Source: an uncultured Hormoscilla sp. (lineage in GTDB: Bacteria; Cyanobacteriota; Cyanobacteriia; Cyanobacteriales; Desertifilaceae). From it: 64,000 nucleotides of DNA. The stretch is taken from the NCBI GenBank assembly GCA_963921275.4, contig OZ001293.3, positions 6,815,067-6,879,066 on the forward strand, in the 5' to 3' direction. The notes beneath the pieces were generated by a model. The model saw only the letters and a list, made by a program, of their open reading frames with translations, did not search any database and was not told the origin of the DNA. The position numbers and the translations under genes are program-made. Positions 62,769 to 64,000 of the stretch are shown piece by piece (the first letter of the stretch is position 1; every line of letters starts with the position of its first letter).

Positions 62769-63851
62769 ATGACTACGACCTTACAACAGCGTGAAAACGC
62801 TAACGTTTGGGAACGGTTCTGCAACTGGGTGACCAGCACTGACAACCGCCTGTATGTGGGCTGGTTCGGCGTCCTGATGATCCCAACCCTGCTGACCGCT
62901 ACCACCTGCTACATCATCGCTTTCATCGCTGCTCCTCCCGTGGACATTGATGGTATCCGCGAACCGGTCGCAGGTTCTCTGCTGTACGGCAACAACATCA
63001 TCTCTGGTGCAGTTGTGCCCAGCTCAAATGCGATCGGGCTGCACTTTTACCCCATCTGGGAAGCAGCATCCTTGGATGAGTGGCTGTACAACGGTGGTCC
63101 TTACCAGCTGATCGTCTTCCACTTCTTCATTGGCATCTGCTGCTACATGGGTCGTCAGTGGGAACTCAGCTATCGTTTGGGTATGCGTCCTTGGATCTGT
63201 GTTGCATACAGCGCCCCAGTGAGCGCCGCCACCGCCGTGTTCCTGATCTACCCGATCGGGCAAGGTTCCTTCTCTGATGGTATGCCTTTAGGGATCTCTG
63301 GCACATTCAACTTCATGTTTGTGTTCCAAGCTGAGCACAACATCCTCATGCACCCCTTCCACATGCTGGGTGTAGCTGGCGTGTTCGGCGGAGCGCTGTT
63401 CTCCGCCATGCATGGTTCTCTGGTGACTTCTTCTCTGGTGCGTGAAACCACAGAAGTAGAATCTCAAAACTACGGTTACAAGTTCGGTCAAGAGGAAGAA
63501 ACCTACAACATCGTAGCAGCTCACGGCTACTTCGGTCGTTTGATCTTCCAATATGCTTCTTTCAACAACAGCCGTTCCTTGCACTTCTTCTTGGGTGCCT
63601 GGCCGGTGATCGGTATCTGGTTCACCGCCCTAGGGGTGAGCACGATGGCCTTCAACCTGAACGGTTTCAACTTCAACCAGTCCATTATCGACTCACAAGG
63701 TCGGGTAATCGGCACCTGGGCAGATGTCCTGAACCGTGCTAACCTGGGGATGGAAGTAATGCACGAGCGGAATGCTCATAACTTCCCCTTAGACTTGGCA
63801 TCCGGTGAAGCTACTCCCGTTGCCTTGACCGCTCCGGCGATCGATGGCTAA
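62769..63851 (+). CDS. psbA: Photosystem II D1 protein, 360 aa, Gln130 form
   Basis: Canonical D1; D170, E189, H332, E333, D342 and A344 present; true start MTTTLQ. Confidence 0.99.
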   Translation: MTTTLQQRENANVWERFCNWVTSTDNRLYVGWFGVLMIPTLLTATTCYIIAFIAAPPVDIDGIREPVAGSLLYGNNIISGAVVPSSNAIGLHFYPIWEAASLDEWLYNGGPYQLIVFHFFIGICCYMGRQWELSYRLGMRPWICVAYSAPVSAATAVFLIYPIGQGSFSDGMPLGISGTFNFMFVFQAEHNILMHPFHMLGVAGVFGGALFSAMHGSLVTSSLVRETTEVESQNYGYKFGQEEETYNIVAAHGYFGRLIFQYASFNNSRSLHFFLGAWPVIGIWFTALGVSTMAFNLNGFNFNQSIIDSQGRVIGTWADVLNRANLGMEVMHERNAHNFPLDLASGEATPVALTAPAIDG

Positions 63852-63860
63852 TATTAGCTA

Positions 63861-63899
63861 AAACAAAAAGCGCTCTCTTGATGGGGGCGCTTTTTGTTT
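63861..63899 (+). terminator. Intrinsic terminator of psbA
   Basis: AAACAAAAAGCGCTCTC-ttgat-GGGGGCGCTTTTTGTTT. Confidence 0.85.
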
Positions 63900-63954
63900 G
63901 GCTGTTGGTCAGGCAGCGGCGAGAGCATAAGCTCTGCTTATATGAGGTATAACT

Positions 63955-64000
63955 ACAAAAAAAAACTTAACAGGGGTTTACAAAACGCAATCAAGTTAGC
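63955..64000 (+). promoter_or_regulatory. Third copy of the psbA-like promoter, cut by the window edge
   Basis: TTAACAGGGGTTTACAAAACGCAATCAAGTTAGC. Confidence 0.65.

Overview
Cyanobacterial chromosomal window (very frequent HIP1 octamer GCGATCGC; psbA, petM, ycf39, nblR; gene style suggests a filamentous Oscillatoriales-type genome, which is an inference). Housekeeping genes (lpdA 3' part, trpC, class V aminotransferase, nblR, NAD kinase, ycf39, petM, pdxA, map, guaA, moaA, rpsD, yidD, ddpX, purN, tRNA-Cys, cofG, psbA) alternate with decaying accessory islands. These hold two broken single-chain restriction-modification genes, Uma2/PIN/ParDE/XisI/Rpn modules, remnants of a peptidase-ABC/HlyD exporter, IS5 and IS1 elements, IS1-ended MITEs (one nested in another), a long cadherin-repeat/RTX adhesin pseudogene, five 20-22 bp tandem arrays and many REP-like palindromes. 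The most unusual signals are three. (1) A set of ultra-small, frame-preserving insertions built from hairpins: a 15-nt unit ATTTTT + 3-bp GNA-triloop hairpin in two covarying variants (12 copies), plus 9-, 24- and ~54-nt relatives, several inside apparently intact housekeeping genes. (2) Two homologous ORF-less group II introns (7168-8002 and 55923-56750) with a non-canonical ACY 3' end, one in sense orientation within a restriction-modification gene and one antisense in the adhesin gene, plus a collapsed RT-bearing intron remnant. (3) An Rpn locus where free-standing C-terminal copies start exactly at the internal SD/ATG. All calls come from reading the sequence; orthologue comparisons are from memory and no database search was run.
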